DNA of 63,936 nt, counting the filler, from an uncultured Ignavibacteriales bacterium (GTDB lineage Bacteria > Zixibacteria > MSB-5A5 > GN15 > JAAZOE01), in the NCBI GenBank assembly GCA_964611355.1. It is 3 parts of 3 records of this genome, joined end to end, with 100 filler letters (N's around TTAATTAATTAA, not from the genome) between each part and the next. Parts side by side here need not be neighbours in the genome. Positions count along the whole stretch, not along the records: positions 30,864 to 60,889 come from CAZSYD010000029.1; 2 more parts are not named here. One strand, written 5' to 3'. How positions within the stretch are numbered: position 1 is the first letter of the stretch; each line of letters begins with the position of its first letter. The position numbers and the translations under genes were made by a program. Below the pieces are notes generated by a model. That model did no database searches and was not told the origin of the DNA. It worked only from the letters and a program-made list of their open reading frames with translations. Positions 37,612 through 47,270 of this stretch are shown one piece after another.

Positions 37612-39888
37612 TTAATATATCCGATATACGGTCAATAGCCATATTCCACCGATTATCCAGCATAAGCAATTCAGGATGCGAAAAGGTATATAGAACCGCT
37701 TTGTATATCTCCGGTAAGCAAAAAAGAAAACTTCCTGAAATACGAATACGAGCAGAAGCAGTTTCGTTATTTTCGCGCGGACGGCAATCGTGCTGTGGAA
37801 GAACGGATATTTGTCGGCGGATTTATCGTACGCGGAGCGGATAGCGGCCCGCTCCCCTGATACCGAAGGAGCCTTTTCCAATAATAATTCGATTTCCCCT
37901 CTACTTTCCGGATCATTAACAATGATTTTATCTGCTTCGCGTTTAATCTTTACCCGGTCTGAAATATCCGGAATGGAAACTGCCCAGTGTTCCGGCCCGT
38001 TCCACTGCTCAACAGCAGGAGATTCGGTATTGTACGCAGTGCTCTTATTCGAATTGCGTAAAGACCAGACGGTCACGGCCCAGGAGTCATCAGCGGGTTG
38101 TTCAAGATAAATGGAAGTAGTCGGCACAGCTTTGAAATCGACAGCCTGCCAGCCAAGATAAGGATCGCGGCTGCCTCTGAAGCGCGTAATTTTGCTTTCG
38201 TTCGAGTTGAGAAACCAGGCGACGAGATATTTCTGTGAATCTTCATCCCCGATATTTAATACAAATGATCCGGGCGTGAGACCTTCTGTAACCTGCAGTT
38301 TATGATCGGCCGTCCAGACGGTAGCGACCTGTTCTCCCTTGTCGGCGCGAGTATAATCCACAATAATCCACGACTTGTTCTTTATCTTAATAATCTGGCG
38401 CTTGGTCTCCAGAGTTCCGGGGCCGGTTCGAAGCAGGTCAACGGCGGTCAGGTATTCATTATGGCCATAAGCCAGCAGGCTGGTTTCGCGGTCGCCGAAA
38501 TAACTGCCGGTAATCGGGTCGGGAACATTTTCCGAGACCAGATGGGGCGCATTTGATCCAGACCACGATTCCGCCAGGTTTCGACCCCTTGCTTCATATG
38601 GCCAGTAGCCGGCGCTCGTCCACCAGTCTCGGCCGTCCGCCCAAAGGAGAATGCTCATCTCATCCGACAGTTTATGCGCCTGTCCTTTGAAGTAAGACCA
38701 TGCGATTGCCGTCTGGATAAGATTATCTTCGTCCGGCCAGTTCTCAATTCCATCCCACCAGATAGAATAACCCGCCACCGGGTAAAAGCTGAAATCGTTT
38801 ATCGGCCGCCAATCTGATTTGGAATAAAACTGCCCGTATCGACCACAACTGTCCTTACCCGCTATTACGGGAAGGCGAGGACTTATCCGGGTTTCAGTAT
38901 CGCCGATCAAAGGCAGTGAGCCATCGGGTCGGCGGAGGCACGCAAGGAACTCAAGTCCTTTTTCATACTTTGCCTGCCATTCCTGCGGGACTTGTATATC
39001 AAGAATCGTCAGGAAACGAAATATCTTCGCCAGAAGATGCAAACCAAGAACCTGGTAACCGGCGGAATGTTCCAGAACCACGCCTTCGTTATCAATATAA
39101 AAGCCGATCTGGTCGTTCAGGCGTTCCACGGCCAATTGTTCGTACCGGTCGGTTCCCGGAAGATTGGGGAAAGCTATACAAAGCTGCAAAAGGGCAAGGT
39201 TCTGCATTATGCCGTGATTGGAGGCGAACATAAAATGAGACGGTTTGGCCAGAAACCGTCCCGTTCGAGCCGCCAGCCTGATAATTTTATTGGCAGTGTC
39301 GGAATTGTAGGAAGGGTGTTGACGATAGATTTTCCAGAATTTAATCAAGACCCCAACGCGGGCGGGGGTGGCATGGTGATTGCGAAGAAAACCCTTGGGG
39401 AAAAGGGCTCCCCGCTCATAGTCGGCAAAGGCGGCAAGTATATCTCTGGCCGCCATAAAAAAATCGTCCCGGCCGCTTTCGGCATGGGCGTTAAGAAGGA
39501 TTTCGACCGGGTAGAGGGAAGCCGTTGCCAACATCTGTCTGGACGTACCGGAAGTCAGGTTTTTCCGGTCGAACGGCAGGGTGATATTGGCCGGGTCTTC
39601 TCCGTGGTAGCTGAACCGACCGGCCAGTATGCTTTCGGCCTCTTCAATTAACTCCTCGCCTTCCAAATCTATCCAGTACGAAGCTTTGGTAAGTTCATCC
39701 AGAATCGAATCAGCCGGGGTCGTTCTGAGACTTTCAACCAGCTTCGGGTCAACCGTGATATCGCTGATATGGTAATGTTTGTATTCGGGCAGCCAGAGAC
39801 CCAGAAGAACGGCGGCAGGAAGGATTATACAAAGAAGCCCCGGAATCAGCCGCCAGCGGTAGTTTTTTAATACCGTCCTGTCTGTCAT
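37612..39888 (-). CDS. Heparinase II/III-like polysaccharide lyase family protein with N- and C-terminal TM segments
   Basis: SNHGIMQN, GVVLEHSAGYQ, PDGSLPLIGD, HKLSDEMS. Confidence 0.75.
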   Translation of the reverse strand: MTDRTVLKNYRWRLIPGLLCIILPAAVLLGLWLPEYKHYHISDITVDPKLVESLRTTPADSILDELTKASYWIDLEGEELIEEAESILAGRFSYHGEDPANITLPFDRKNLTSGTSRQMLATASLYPVEILLNAHAESGRDDFFMAARDILAAFADYERGALFPKGFLRNHHATPARVGVLIKFWKIYRQHPSYNSDTANKIIRLAARTGRFLAKPSHFMFASNHGIMQNLALLQLCIAFPNLPGTDRYEQLAVERLNDQIGFYIDNEGVVLEHSAGYQVLGLHLLAKIFRFLTILDIQVPQEWQAKYEKGLEFLACLRRPDGSLPLIGDTETRISPRLPVIAGKDSCGRYGQFYSKSDWRPINDFSFYPVAGYSIWWDGIENWPDEDNLIQTAIAWSYFKGQAHKLSDEMSILLWADGRDWWTSAGYWPYEARGRNLAESWSGSNAPHLVSENVPDPITGSYFGDRETSLLAYGHNEYLTAVDLLRTGPGTLETKRQIIKIKNKSWIIVDYTRADKGEQVATVWTADHKLQVTEGLTPGSFVLNIGDEDSQKYLVAWFLNSNESKITRFRGSRDPYLGWQAVDFKAVPTTSIYLEQPADDSWAVTVWSLRNSNKSTAYNTESPAVEQWNGPEHWAVSIPDISDRVKIKREADKIIVNDPESRGEIELLLEKAPSVSGERAAIRSAYDKSADKYPFFHSTIAVRAKITKLLLLVFVFQEVFFFAYRRYTKRFYIPFRILNCLCWIIGGIWLLTVYRIY

Positions 39889-39923
39889 CGTGCCCTTTCA
39901 CCGGATATATCCGAAAGTAGGCC

Positions 39924-40898
39924 TTATTCAACCTGGTCGATTTCGAGCGGCGGCAGGCGCAGGTACCTTGTGGAACGCTGTTTTTGGAGTATATCTTTAT
40001 ATACCCGCTCGACCTGCTCAGCGGTAAGGCCCAGTTCGGCTCCGACCTCATCGGCGGGAATATTATTTTCAAGCCCGTACCAGATTATATCCAGCAGTTC
40101 GAAATCTATCCCGAAGAAAAACTCGGTCTGGGTTACTTCGGCGCTGTAAGTGTCGGTTGTCGGGATTCGTTTGACGATCTCGTCCGGAATTCCAAGATAT
40201 TCGGCCAGTTGGAATATCTGCACCTTGTAGAGGTGGGCAATCGGTTTCAGGTCTGTGCCGCCATCGCCGTATTTGACAAAGAAGCCAAGTTCATGTTCGT
40301 CTTTATTGCCGGTGCCGACAACCGCCCGGTTCAGCCTTTCGGCATGGTAATAAAGAAGGGCCATCCGCGTCCTTTGCTTGAAATTGGAAGCGGCCACGAT
40401 CTGCATATACTCAGCCGGGGGCATCCTTTTGCTCTGGGTTTTGCCGTCAGGCGATTCGATCGTCAATTTGAAGTAGTTGAGGGTGTCTTTTTCCAGGATA
40501 TCGGAAGCGATGGCGATTTTAGCCTTGTAGTCATCGGTAAATTCGGGGAATACGCCCCGAATAGCCTCGTTACGCAATCGGTAACAGCCAAAACCTTCCA
40601 GGGCGGGGCTGATATGATTGACGATGTATTCTATGCCAAGATGCCGGGCCAGCTTTTCGGCCAGGCTTTCGCTGCTGGAACTGGACTCCTTTTCCGGCAA
40701 AATTACGCCCAAGACCTTATCCCTGCCAAGGGCTTTGACGCAGAGGGCGACCACCACCGAAGAATCGATTCCGCCGCTTATCCCGACAATCGCCCCGCCC
40801 TTTCTGAGTTTCTGCCGAGTCTGTTTTTTTATGGCCCCGGCCAGTTCATCAGCGACGCTGGCGGCGTCGATATTGAGAGCATCTTTTTTAAACTTCAT
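39924..40898 (-). CDS. NH3-dependent NAD+ synthetase-like protein (paralogue 1)
   Basis: GISGGIDSS, NFKQRTRM, GTGNKDE, GFFVKYGDGG, PIAHLYK; internal insertion relative to canonical NadE. Confidence 0.85.
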   Translation of the reverse strand: MKFKKDALNIDAASVADELAGAIKKQTRQKLRKGGAIVGISGGIDSSVVVALCVKALGRDKVLGVILPEKESSSSSESLAEKLARHLGIEYIVNHISPALEGFGCYRLRNEAIRGVFPEFTDDYKAKIAIASDILEKDTLNYFKLTIESPDGKTQSKRMPPAEYMQIVAASNFKQRTRMALLYYHAERLNRAVVGTGNKDEHELGFFVKYGDGGTDLKPIAHLYKVQIFQLAEYLGIPDEIVKRIPTTDTYSAEVTQTEFFFGIDFELLDIIWYGLENNIPADEVGAELGLTAEQVERVYKDILQKQRSTRYLRLPPLEIDQVE

Positions 40899-40921
40899 TG
40901 TAATCCAATCCAAAATCCGGA

Positions 40922-40948
40922 TAAATAAGTTGCCGTAATGTACGATAA
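40922..40948 (+). promoter_or_regulatory. Sigma28-type promoter upstream of the ACP operon
   Basis: TAAA-N15-TACGATAA. Confidence 0.4.
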
Positions 40949-41048
40949 AGTATATATAAAATATCTCTCAAAGTAAAGCTACCGTAAAACCTAATAAGGT
41001 TTTCGTCAGCTTTCGTTGAGAAGTTAACTTCATCCAGGAAAAGGCGGC

Positions 41049-41360
41049 ATGGAGAAACAAGTGGTTGGCGAAGAAGTCGAACAATTTATCTCGGAGCAAT
41101 TTATATTCGATCAGGACAGAAAAATCACCCGGGACGATTCCCTTCTGGAAACCGGAACAATCGACTCCACCGGTATTCTGGAGTTAGTTCTTTTTCTGGA
41201 AGAGAGGTTTTCAATCAAAGTTGACGACGAGGACATGATCCCGGATAATCTTGATTCCATAAATAGAATTGCGAATTTCGTGGATGGGAAACTCGCCTCT
41301 CAACAATCTCATGATTGTCAATCGGTATCTCTCAGATTCGGCAAAGAAATATCCCGATAA
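41049..41360 (+). CDS. Acyl/aminoacyl carrier protein
   Basis: DDSLLETGTIDSTGILELVLFLEERFSI...PDNLDSI (phosphopantetheine Ser in IDS); C-terminal extension overlaps the next gene. Confidence 0.85.
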   Translation: MEKQVVGEEVEQFISEQFIFDQDRKITRDDSLLETGTIDSTGILELVLFLEERFSIKVDDEDMIPDNLDSINRIANFVDGKLASQQSHDCQSVSLRFGKEISR

Positions 41361-41514
41361 AGAGGCGTCGGTAACCGGCCGGCGCCGGCTTGATCAGCGT
41401 CAGGTCAAGACTCATTTTCTTTGGCATCCGGAAGATATTATGGCGCCTCAGATAATAGAATTCGTTGAAGAACTCCCGGTCTCAACATCCGGTAAGATTA
41501 AAAGAAAAGGATAG
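41311..41514 (+). pseudogene. Internally deleted AMP-dependent acyl ligase
   Basis: N-terminus YLSDSAKKYPDKEA..GRRRL joined in frame to C-terminus PQIIEFVEELPVSTSGKIKR (A10 lysine motif); only 67 aa. Confidence 0.75.
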
Positions 41515-41516
41515 AT

Positions 41517-42491
41517 ATGAAATTTCAAAACAGCCTGCCGCTGATTGATATTAATCGGGAAGTCGAACACTTGGTTGATTTCATTAAGGACCAGGTATAT
41601 AAACAATATAAGCGCGACGGCATTGTGGTGGGGATTTCCGGTGGGGTCGACTCGGCGGTAACGGCGGTTCTGTCAATGAAGGCCGTCGGTTCGGAAAATA
41701 CCATCGGCCTGATTATGCCGGAGAAGGAGTCAAACCCGATCAGCGCCAGCCTGGCCCGCGAACTGGCCGACAAATTCGGTATCCGATATAAAACCAGAGA
41801 TATTACACCTGTACTGGAGGCTTCCGGCATTTACCGGACGCGGGGTGAGATTGTCAGGAAATACTTTCCTGAATTCGACGGCTCCCCAAAATGGTCGCTT
41901 GTGCAACCGGGCAGTTTTCTGGAAAGCAGCGCATTTAATTACTATTCGCTAAAAATCGATTTGCCCGGTGGTCCTCAGACCAAAAGGCTCAAACCCGAAG
42001 ATTTAAGAACCATAATCGGCGCCACCGACCTGAAACACCGGATGCGAATGGCAATGCTGTATCAGGAAGCTGAAACCCGGAATTACATAGTGGCGGGTAC
42101 TACCAACCTGTCGGAGATGGTTCTTGGCTTTTATGTCAAATATGGCGACGGCGGGGTTGACATCGAACCGCTGGCATATTTGTATAAAACTTATATATAT
42201 CAAATTGCCCGGCATATAGGCGTGCCGGACGGAATAGTCGATCGTCTGCCCAGCCCGGATACATTCAGCGCCGAAGTGGCCGACGGCGAATTTTTCTTCC
42301 GGCTCCCGTACGACACCCTTGATCTGTTTCTCCGGGCGTCCCGGCTTGATCTCTCGCCTGAAGAGGTCAGTTCGACTTTGAATATAGAACCGGACCGGGT
42401 AAAAAGGATTTTACACGATATCAAACATAAGCATGGTATCAGCGAGCATCTCAGGATGATGCCGGCATCGCCGCCACGGGAGTTGCCCTGA
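41517..42491 (+). CDS. NH3-dependent NAD+ synthetase-like protein (paralogue 2)
   Basis: GISGGVDSA, DLKHRMRM, GTTNLSE, GFYVKYGDGG, EPLAYLYK; same insertion as paralogue 1. Confidence 0.85.
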   Translation: MKFQNSLPLIDINREVEHLVDFIKDQVYKQYKRDGIVVGISGGVDSAVTAVLSMKAVGSENTIGLIMPEKESNPISASLARELADKFGIRYKTRDITPVLEASGIYRTRGEIVRKYFPEFDGSPKWSLVQPGSFLESSAFNYYSLKIDLPGGPQTKRLKPEDLRTIIGATDLKHRMRMAMLYQEAETRNYIVAGTTNLSEMVLGFYVKYGDGGVDIEPLAYLYKTYIYQIARHIGVPDGIVDRLPSPDTFSAEVADGEFFFRLPYDTLDLFLRASRLDLSPEEVSSTLNIEPDRVKRILHDIKHKHGISEHLRMMPASPPRELP

Positions 42492-42540
42492 TTCGTTTAA
42501 TCATCAGGGGACATACCAGTGCGAATTCAAAGGTTCGCAA

Positions 42541-43128
42541 ATGGTAAAGCTTATTATCAAACGATTGCTGTACCTGATCGGCCTGGTACTGACATCGCCG
42601 TTGATTCTTTTGACCTACCTTGAGTCGCTCATATTCGGCAAATCGGCGGAAAAGGTGTATGGCTCCTGCAAAGAATTGTTGTCGATGTGCCCGACATTTT
42701 TCGGCTCGTATGTACGACTGGGATATTACCGGGCCGTCTGCACTAAAATTTCGCGCGACGCGAATTTTCAATTCGGCAGTATGGTGGCCCACCGTGATAC
42801 GGTTATTCGGACCGGCGCCGTCATCGGCAGTTATTCCATTATCGGGCATGCTGATATAGGCGAAGACGTGCTCATTGCCGCGCGGGTCTCGATTATCTCC
42901 GGAAAATACCAGCACGGCAGGCCGCAGCAAAGAGCCGAAGATGAAAACGTAACAGGCGAATACAGGCTTATTACCATCGGAGACAATTCCTGGATCGGTG
43001 AAGGAGCCATCATTATGGCCGATATCGGGTCAAACTGCACCGTCGGGGCGGGCAGCGTGGTAATGAAGGAGTTTCCGGACAACAGCACTATAATGGGCAA
43101 TCCGGCGCGAAAAGTCAGCTTGGGATAA
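42541..43128 (+). CDS. Hexapeptide-repeat (LbH) O-acyltransferase
   Basis: IGEDVLIA, ITIGDNSWIGEGAII, VGAGSVV, GNPARKV. Confidence 0.85.
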   Translation: MVKLIIKRLLYLIGLVLTSPLILLTYLESLIFGKSAEKVYGSCKELLSMCPTFFGSYVRLGYYRAVCTKISRDANFQFGSMVAHRDTVIRTGAVIGSYSIIGHADIGEDVLIAARVSIISGKYQHGRPQQRAEDENVTGEYRLITIGDNSWIGEGAIIMADIGSNCTVGAGSVVMKEFPDNSTIMGNPARKVSLG

Positions 43129-43163
43129 ACTTGCCAAAACAGCTAAATACCGGGAGAAATCGG

Positions 43164-43919
43164 ATGCAATATGTCTGGAAAATCATAATAGTCGCCTCGA
43201 TAGTTCTTAACCTGATAGCTATCTGGGGCTTTTTCCATTACGTTAAATACGGCGGTTCCCCCCTGGGAGAATTGAAACGGATGCTGACCGGATCCACCCG
43301 GCAACAGGCTGCGAAGATCCCTTACGCCGAAGACAATTCAAGAATTAAAAAGGAACTCGAAGAGGATAAAGCTGAACCAAACCGGGTTGTCTTTCTGGGC
43401 GCGTCTATTACCCGGAGATGGAATCTTGACGCTTATTTCCCCCAAATCCACGCCATCAACCGGGGCGTCGGCGGGCAACTGGCGCGGTCGCTTATTACCC
43501 GGTTCAAAAGGGATGTTATCGACCTGCAGCCTGACGCGGTGGCGATAAAATTTTGCTCTATCAATATCCGGCCGCAAATACACCAATCGGTTCTGAAAGA
43601 TGGCATGAGCATGATGGTTCAGTTGGCCCGGGCCAACGATATTATTCCAATCGTGACCACGATCGTTCCGCCGGGCAAACCGGAGGCGAGGATTGGTGAT
43701 TTCAGCGTGATTGATTCCGTTAATACCTTCAACGAGTGGCTGCGCGAATATGCGCGTAAGAATGAACTCAACCTGATAGATTATGCCCTGGCCATTGAAG
43801 ATAATCAGGGTTTTCTGCCACGGAAGTATTCCACCGATCCGGTGCATGTCAACGAAAACGGCTATGAAATACTGGCCGACGTCGCCCGGCCGGTAATTTA
43901 TTCGGCGCTGGGATTGTAA
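43164..43919 (+). CDS. SGNH/GDSL family esterase with N-terminal membrane anchor
   Basis: VFLGASIT (block I), NRGVGG (block II), TDPVHVN (DxxH). Confidence 0.8.
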   Translation: MQYVWKIIIVASIVLNLIAIWGFFHYVKYGGSPLGELKRMLTGSTRQQAAKIPYAEDNSRIKKELEEDKAEPNRVVFLGASITRRWNLDAYFPQIHAINRGVGGQLARSLITRFKRDVIDLQPDAVAIKFCSINIRPQIHQSVLKDGMSMMVQLARANDIIPIVTTIVPPGKPEARIGDFSVIDSVNTFNEWLREYARKNELNLIDYALAIEDNQGFLPRKYSTDPVHVNENGYEILADVARPVIYSALGL

Positions 43920-43935
43920 TAATCCTGCATCTCGA

Positions 43936-44928
43936 TCAGCGAAGCCGAATATCATCAAGATATATGGTAAAAGGTTCTTTCGGTTTGTATGCAAAAATAC
44001 CAAAGGTGCGTATGGAGGCCATATCCATTTTTCTCAATTTCGGAGCGTTTTTCACATTCTCCAACGGGATAACGATTTCATTATACCCTGGATTGATGCG
44101 AAAGAAATTATTGTAGCGATCATCATAATCCTTGTTATGGTGCATATCGTGAAGCCGGAAATACAAGCCGATGGCGGTATCAATTTCCGAGTATATTTCA
44201 AAGACGAGGAAATCGTACCCTCTCCAATCAGGGAAAGGCTCCTGTATATGAAATCCGGGGTAAGTAACGGCATTGAACGTCAATTTACCCACACGACTTT
44301 GGTTGGTCTCCATCCATCCTTTCGGCGGTGAGGTAACCGTCAATTTGGTGTTTTGCCTTATCCAGAAAACCTTTTCCCAGGCGGCCTCAAAGCCGCATAT
44401 CTGCGGGAATTCCCGGTCACGTTGCGGATAGGCCGCCGCCACAAGAACCAGCGGATAAAGGGAAATAATAAAAAGAAAAACGGAAGCCGCCAGGATCAAA
44501 TACTTAAACCTGTTGCCTCGTTTTTTCAGAATCGGACTCATCCTGCCGTCAAAGGGCATACGAATTCCCAAAAAAGAGACGGCGCCGACAATGTCTCTCG
44601 CCAGATCGCAAATATCGGCGTCACGAGCTGTGAAGATTTGTGCGGTTTCGGAAAACGCCCCCAGCAGGGCCGCCGCCGCCAGAACGATGGCATAATTAAA
44701 AAAGGGGTTCTTGACCCGCGATCCCAGGGTGAGATTCGACAGTCTCAGCAACACCAGGGACAACAGCCCGAAAAGCGGAATATGACCGGCGTTGCCGAGA
44801 GCTTTCCATAGGCACGTATTTTGGGGTAGTTCAAAACAGTGAAGAAATGAAAGGATGGCCAGGGCCGCGGCAATCAGAAGCGATATCGAAAATTTCCTTC
44901 CTGCTTTCATGATGGGCAATTTCCTCAT
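43936..44928 (-). CDS. VanZ-like membrane protein with C-terminal putative carbohydrate-binding domain
   Basis: NAGHIPLFG, SETAQIFTARDADICDLARD; C-terminal DWRGYDFLVF...IYLDDIRL beta-sandwich. Confidence 0.7.
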   Translation of the reverse strand: MRKLPIMKAGRKFSISLLIAAALAILSFLHCFELPQNTCLWKALGNAGHIPLFGLLSLVLLRLSNLTLGSRVKNPFFNYAIVLAAAALLGAFSETAQIFTARDADICDLARDIVGAVSFLGIRMPFDGRMSPILKKRGNRFKYLILAASVFLFIISLYPLVLVAAAYPQRDREFPQICGFEAAWEKVFWIRQNTKLTVTSPPKGWMETNQSRVGKLTFNAVTYPGFHIQEPFPDWRGYDFLVFEIYSEIDTAIGLYFRLHDMHHNKDYDDRYNNFFRINPGYNEIVIPLENVKNAPKLRKMDMASIRTFGIFAYKPKEPFTIYLDDIRLR

Positions 44929-45092
44929 ACCTGCCTTATTTGTCAAGGCAGATGATTATCGATTCCGTCCGTTTATAGGAGGATAAAAGCTTGCTTGCTC
45001 CCGTTTATGCCGGGTATCGGACGCGTAAATGCCATAACAAACAGGCTTGACAGACCGATAGAATATATTAGATTGATGCGTTTTAAGATAAT

Positions 45093-45166
45093 GGCGGAGT
45101 AGCTCAGCTGGTTAGAGCAGCGGAATCATAATCCGCGTGTCCGGGGTTCGAGTCCCTGCTCCGCTA
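45093..45166 (+). tRNA. tRNA-Met(CAT), elongator type
   Basis: GGCGGAG/CTCCGCT acceptor, GCGGA-ATCATAA-TCCGC anticodon arm, GTTCGAGTC; upstream TTGACA-N16-TAGATT. Confidence 0.92.
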
Positions 45167-45331
45167 TGATACTTAATTGAAGCTCTGATTCCCTGACCAA
45201 ATTAAACGGATTTGCCTTTGCCGTAACACGAAATCCCGCACCATGTGACGAGGCTTGCTCATGCCTGATAACTAATTTTCCGGCATCAATTATCTCCCCA
45301 AAAATCACGATATGTATTATATTTATAATAA

Positions 45332-46414
45332 ATGTACGAAACCGATAAGGACAATCAGGTCGAAGCCGCGATTCTGGTCGGGACGGCTCTGGGGAGAACG
45401 ATCAGAAAGACCGTCGAATATTCGCTTGACGAACTGTCCCGGCTGACCGCCACCGCCGGCGGGATTGAAATTGCCCGCTTTATTCAGAAGCGGGAAAGGC
45501 CGGACGGAGCCTGTTTTATCGGTCGCGGGATGGTTGATAAGATCAGGGAAGAAATTGCCGACCGGAAAGCCGATCTCGTCATTTTTGACGACCTGCTTTC
45601 CCCCAACCAGCAACGTAATCTCAGCGAAAAACTGGAGGTCAAGATCATCGACCGGGCGATGCTTATTCTTGATATTTTCGCCCTGCACGCCCGTTCGGCC
45701 GAATCGCGCCTGCAGGTCGAACTGGCGCAGATGGAATATCTCCTGCCGAGATTAACCGGCTTGTGGGCGCACTTTAACCGTCAGCAAGGCGGTATCGGCA
45801 CCAAAGGTCCCGGAGAAACACAGCTTGAGGTTGACCGCCGGCAGGTGCGCAAAAAAATTTCATTTCTCAAGGAACGACTGAAAAAGATCGAAAAGCAGCG
45901 TCGAACCCAGCGTAAAGGCCGTTCCGAATTCCGCGGGGTGGCTCTGGTCGGATATACCAACGCCGGCAAATCGACCCTGTTCAACCGCCTGACCCGATCC
46001 GAAGTCACCGAAGCCAATCAGCTTTTTTCAACCCTCGATTCGACAACCCGCGTCATGGCGGTCGATTATCCCCAAAAGGCCGTCCTGACCGACACCATCG
46101 GTTTTATCGAAAAACTTCCCCATCAGTTAGTGGCGTCATTCAAGTCCACCCTCGAAGAGGTCAAACTGGCCGATCTCATACTGCTGGTGGCGGACTGCTC
46201 CGATCCGTTCACGGAACGCAAAATCGAGGTGGTTAAATCGGTTCTATCCGAGATCGGCGCCTCTCATCTGCCTTATCTCGTTATTTATAATAAAATAGAC
46301 CTGCTTGCCGACAGCGACCTCAGCCTGTCGGAGAACAGCGTAATTCCAATATCGGCGTTAAAAGGCAAAGGCCTGAACCGTCTGAAAGCCGAAATCATCG
46401 CCCGTTTCGGGTAA
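45332..46414 (+). CDS. hflX: GTPase HflX
   Basis: LSPNQQRNL, ILDIFALHA, GPGETQLEVDRR, GYTNAGKST, DTIGFI, NKID. Confidence 0.95.
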   Translation: MYETDKDNQVEAAILVGTALGRTIRKTVEYSLDELSRLTATAGGIEIARFIQKRERPDGACFIGRGMVDKIREEIADRKADLVIFDDLLSPNQQRNLSEKLEVKIIDRAMLILDIFALHARSAESRLQVELAQMEYLLPRLTGLWAHFNRQQGGIGTKGPGETQLEVDRRQVRKKISFLKERLKKIEKQRRTQRKGRSEFRGVALVGYTNAGKSTLFNRLTRSEVTEANQLFSTLDSTTRVMAVDYPQKAVLTDTIGFIEKLPHQLVASFKSTLEEVKLADLILLVADCSDPFTERKIEVVKSVLSEIGASHLPYLVIYNKIDLLADSDLSLSENSVIPISALKGKGLNRLKAEIIARFG

Positions 46415-46422
46415 TATCCTTC

Positions 46423-46449
46423 TCAATTAAACCGCTTTCCTGCCGATAT
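46423..46449 (+). promoter_or_regulatory. Sigma28-type promoter
   Basis: TCAA-N15-GCCGATAT just upstream of a CheY-like receiver gene. Confidence 0.5.
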
Positions 46450-46468
46450 CAAAAAGGACAAAGGAATT

Positions 46469-46834
46469 ATGTCTATGAATGGTCGAATCCTGATTGTTGA
46501 CGACAATCCCAATATGGCCTCGCTCCTCTCGGAGATGCTTGAGGTTTTTGATTTCGAATCGATCCGGGCCGGAGACGGGCCAGAAGCTATCGAAAAAGTT
46601 GAGCAGGACGATTTCGCTCTGGTTATTACCGATATGAGAATGCCGAAAATGTCAGGGCTTGACCTTCTCAGGGAAATAAAGGAGCGCAAACCGAAACTGC
46701 CGGTGGTGGTCATTTCCGGCTACGCTCTCGACGAAGAAGGAACCAACCTGCTCTCCAGCCTGGCTGACGGATTCCTAAACAAGCCGTTCAAAATGTCTGA
46801 TGTCGAAAAACTGCTCAAAAACATCGTCAAATAG
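46469..46834 (+). CDS. Single-domain response regulator receiver
   Basis: ILIVDD, ITDMRMPKMSGLDLL, ISGY, FLNKPF. Confidence 0.9.
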   Translation: MSMNGRILIVDDNPNMASLLSEMLEVFDFESIRAGDGPEAIEKVEQDDFALVITDMRMPKMSGLDLLREIKERKPKLPVVVISGYALDEEGTNLLSSLADGFLNKPFKMSDVEKLLKNIVK

Positions 46835-46961
46835 GTTTTCCCTCCGCCAGTAATTCGTCTTTGATGACCATATGTAAAGGCCGATCAATACCGATATCGT
46901 TTGCCTGAACTCGATTCGATTGGCCCAAGGAATGAACGCTCTTTCTCGCAGACCACAATTT

Positions 46962-47270
46962 TTACTTTGACGGCTTCTTTACCACCATTTTTGCTATATC
47001 AAATACGAAGGCTGAGATACCCTCGTATTCGGTTTCTTCATTAAATCTATTTACCTTATCCAGCAAACGGTCAACCTGTTCATCCTGGACAGGGAACAAA
47101 ACGGCGCCATTATAACCCGGCCAAACCTGAGTTCCCATACGAGGCCTGAATCCAAGTGATTTGCCCTTTACTTGGTCCAACCTGGTATAGAATTCCACAT
47201 TCTCAGATTCAAGAAGCTCCGTCACCTCATCGGTTTTTCCCTCAAAGAACGACATAAATACCATTTTCAT
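46962..47270 (-). CDS. PII-like transporter-associated protein (PG0541-like)
   Basis: YTR..QVKGK...PRMGTQVWPGYN; overlaps the RND stop. Confidence 0.7.
   Translation of the reverse strand: MKMVFMSFFEGKTDEVTELLESENVEFYTRLDQVKGKSLGFRPRMGTQVWPGYNGAVLFPVQDEQVDRLLDKVNRFNEETEYEGISAFVFDIAKMVVKKPSK

Noticed and set aside
40975..41013. Leader hairpin AAAGCT...AGCTTT as a c-di-GMP-I riboswitch
   Set aside because: Lacks the first GNRA-capped stem and conserved GGCAAA/GACGCAAAG core; only a simple hairpin is supported
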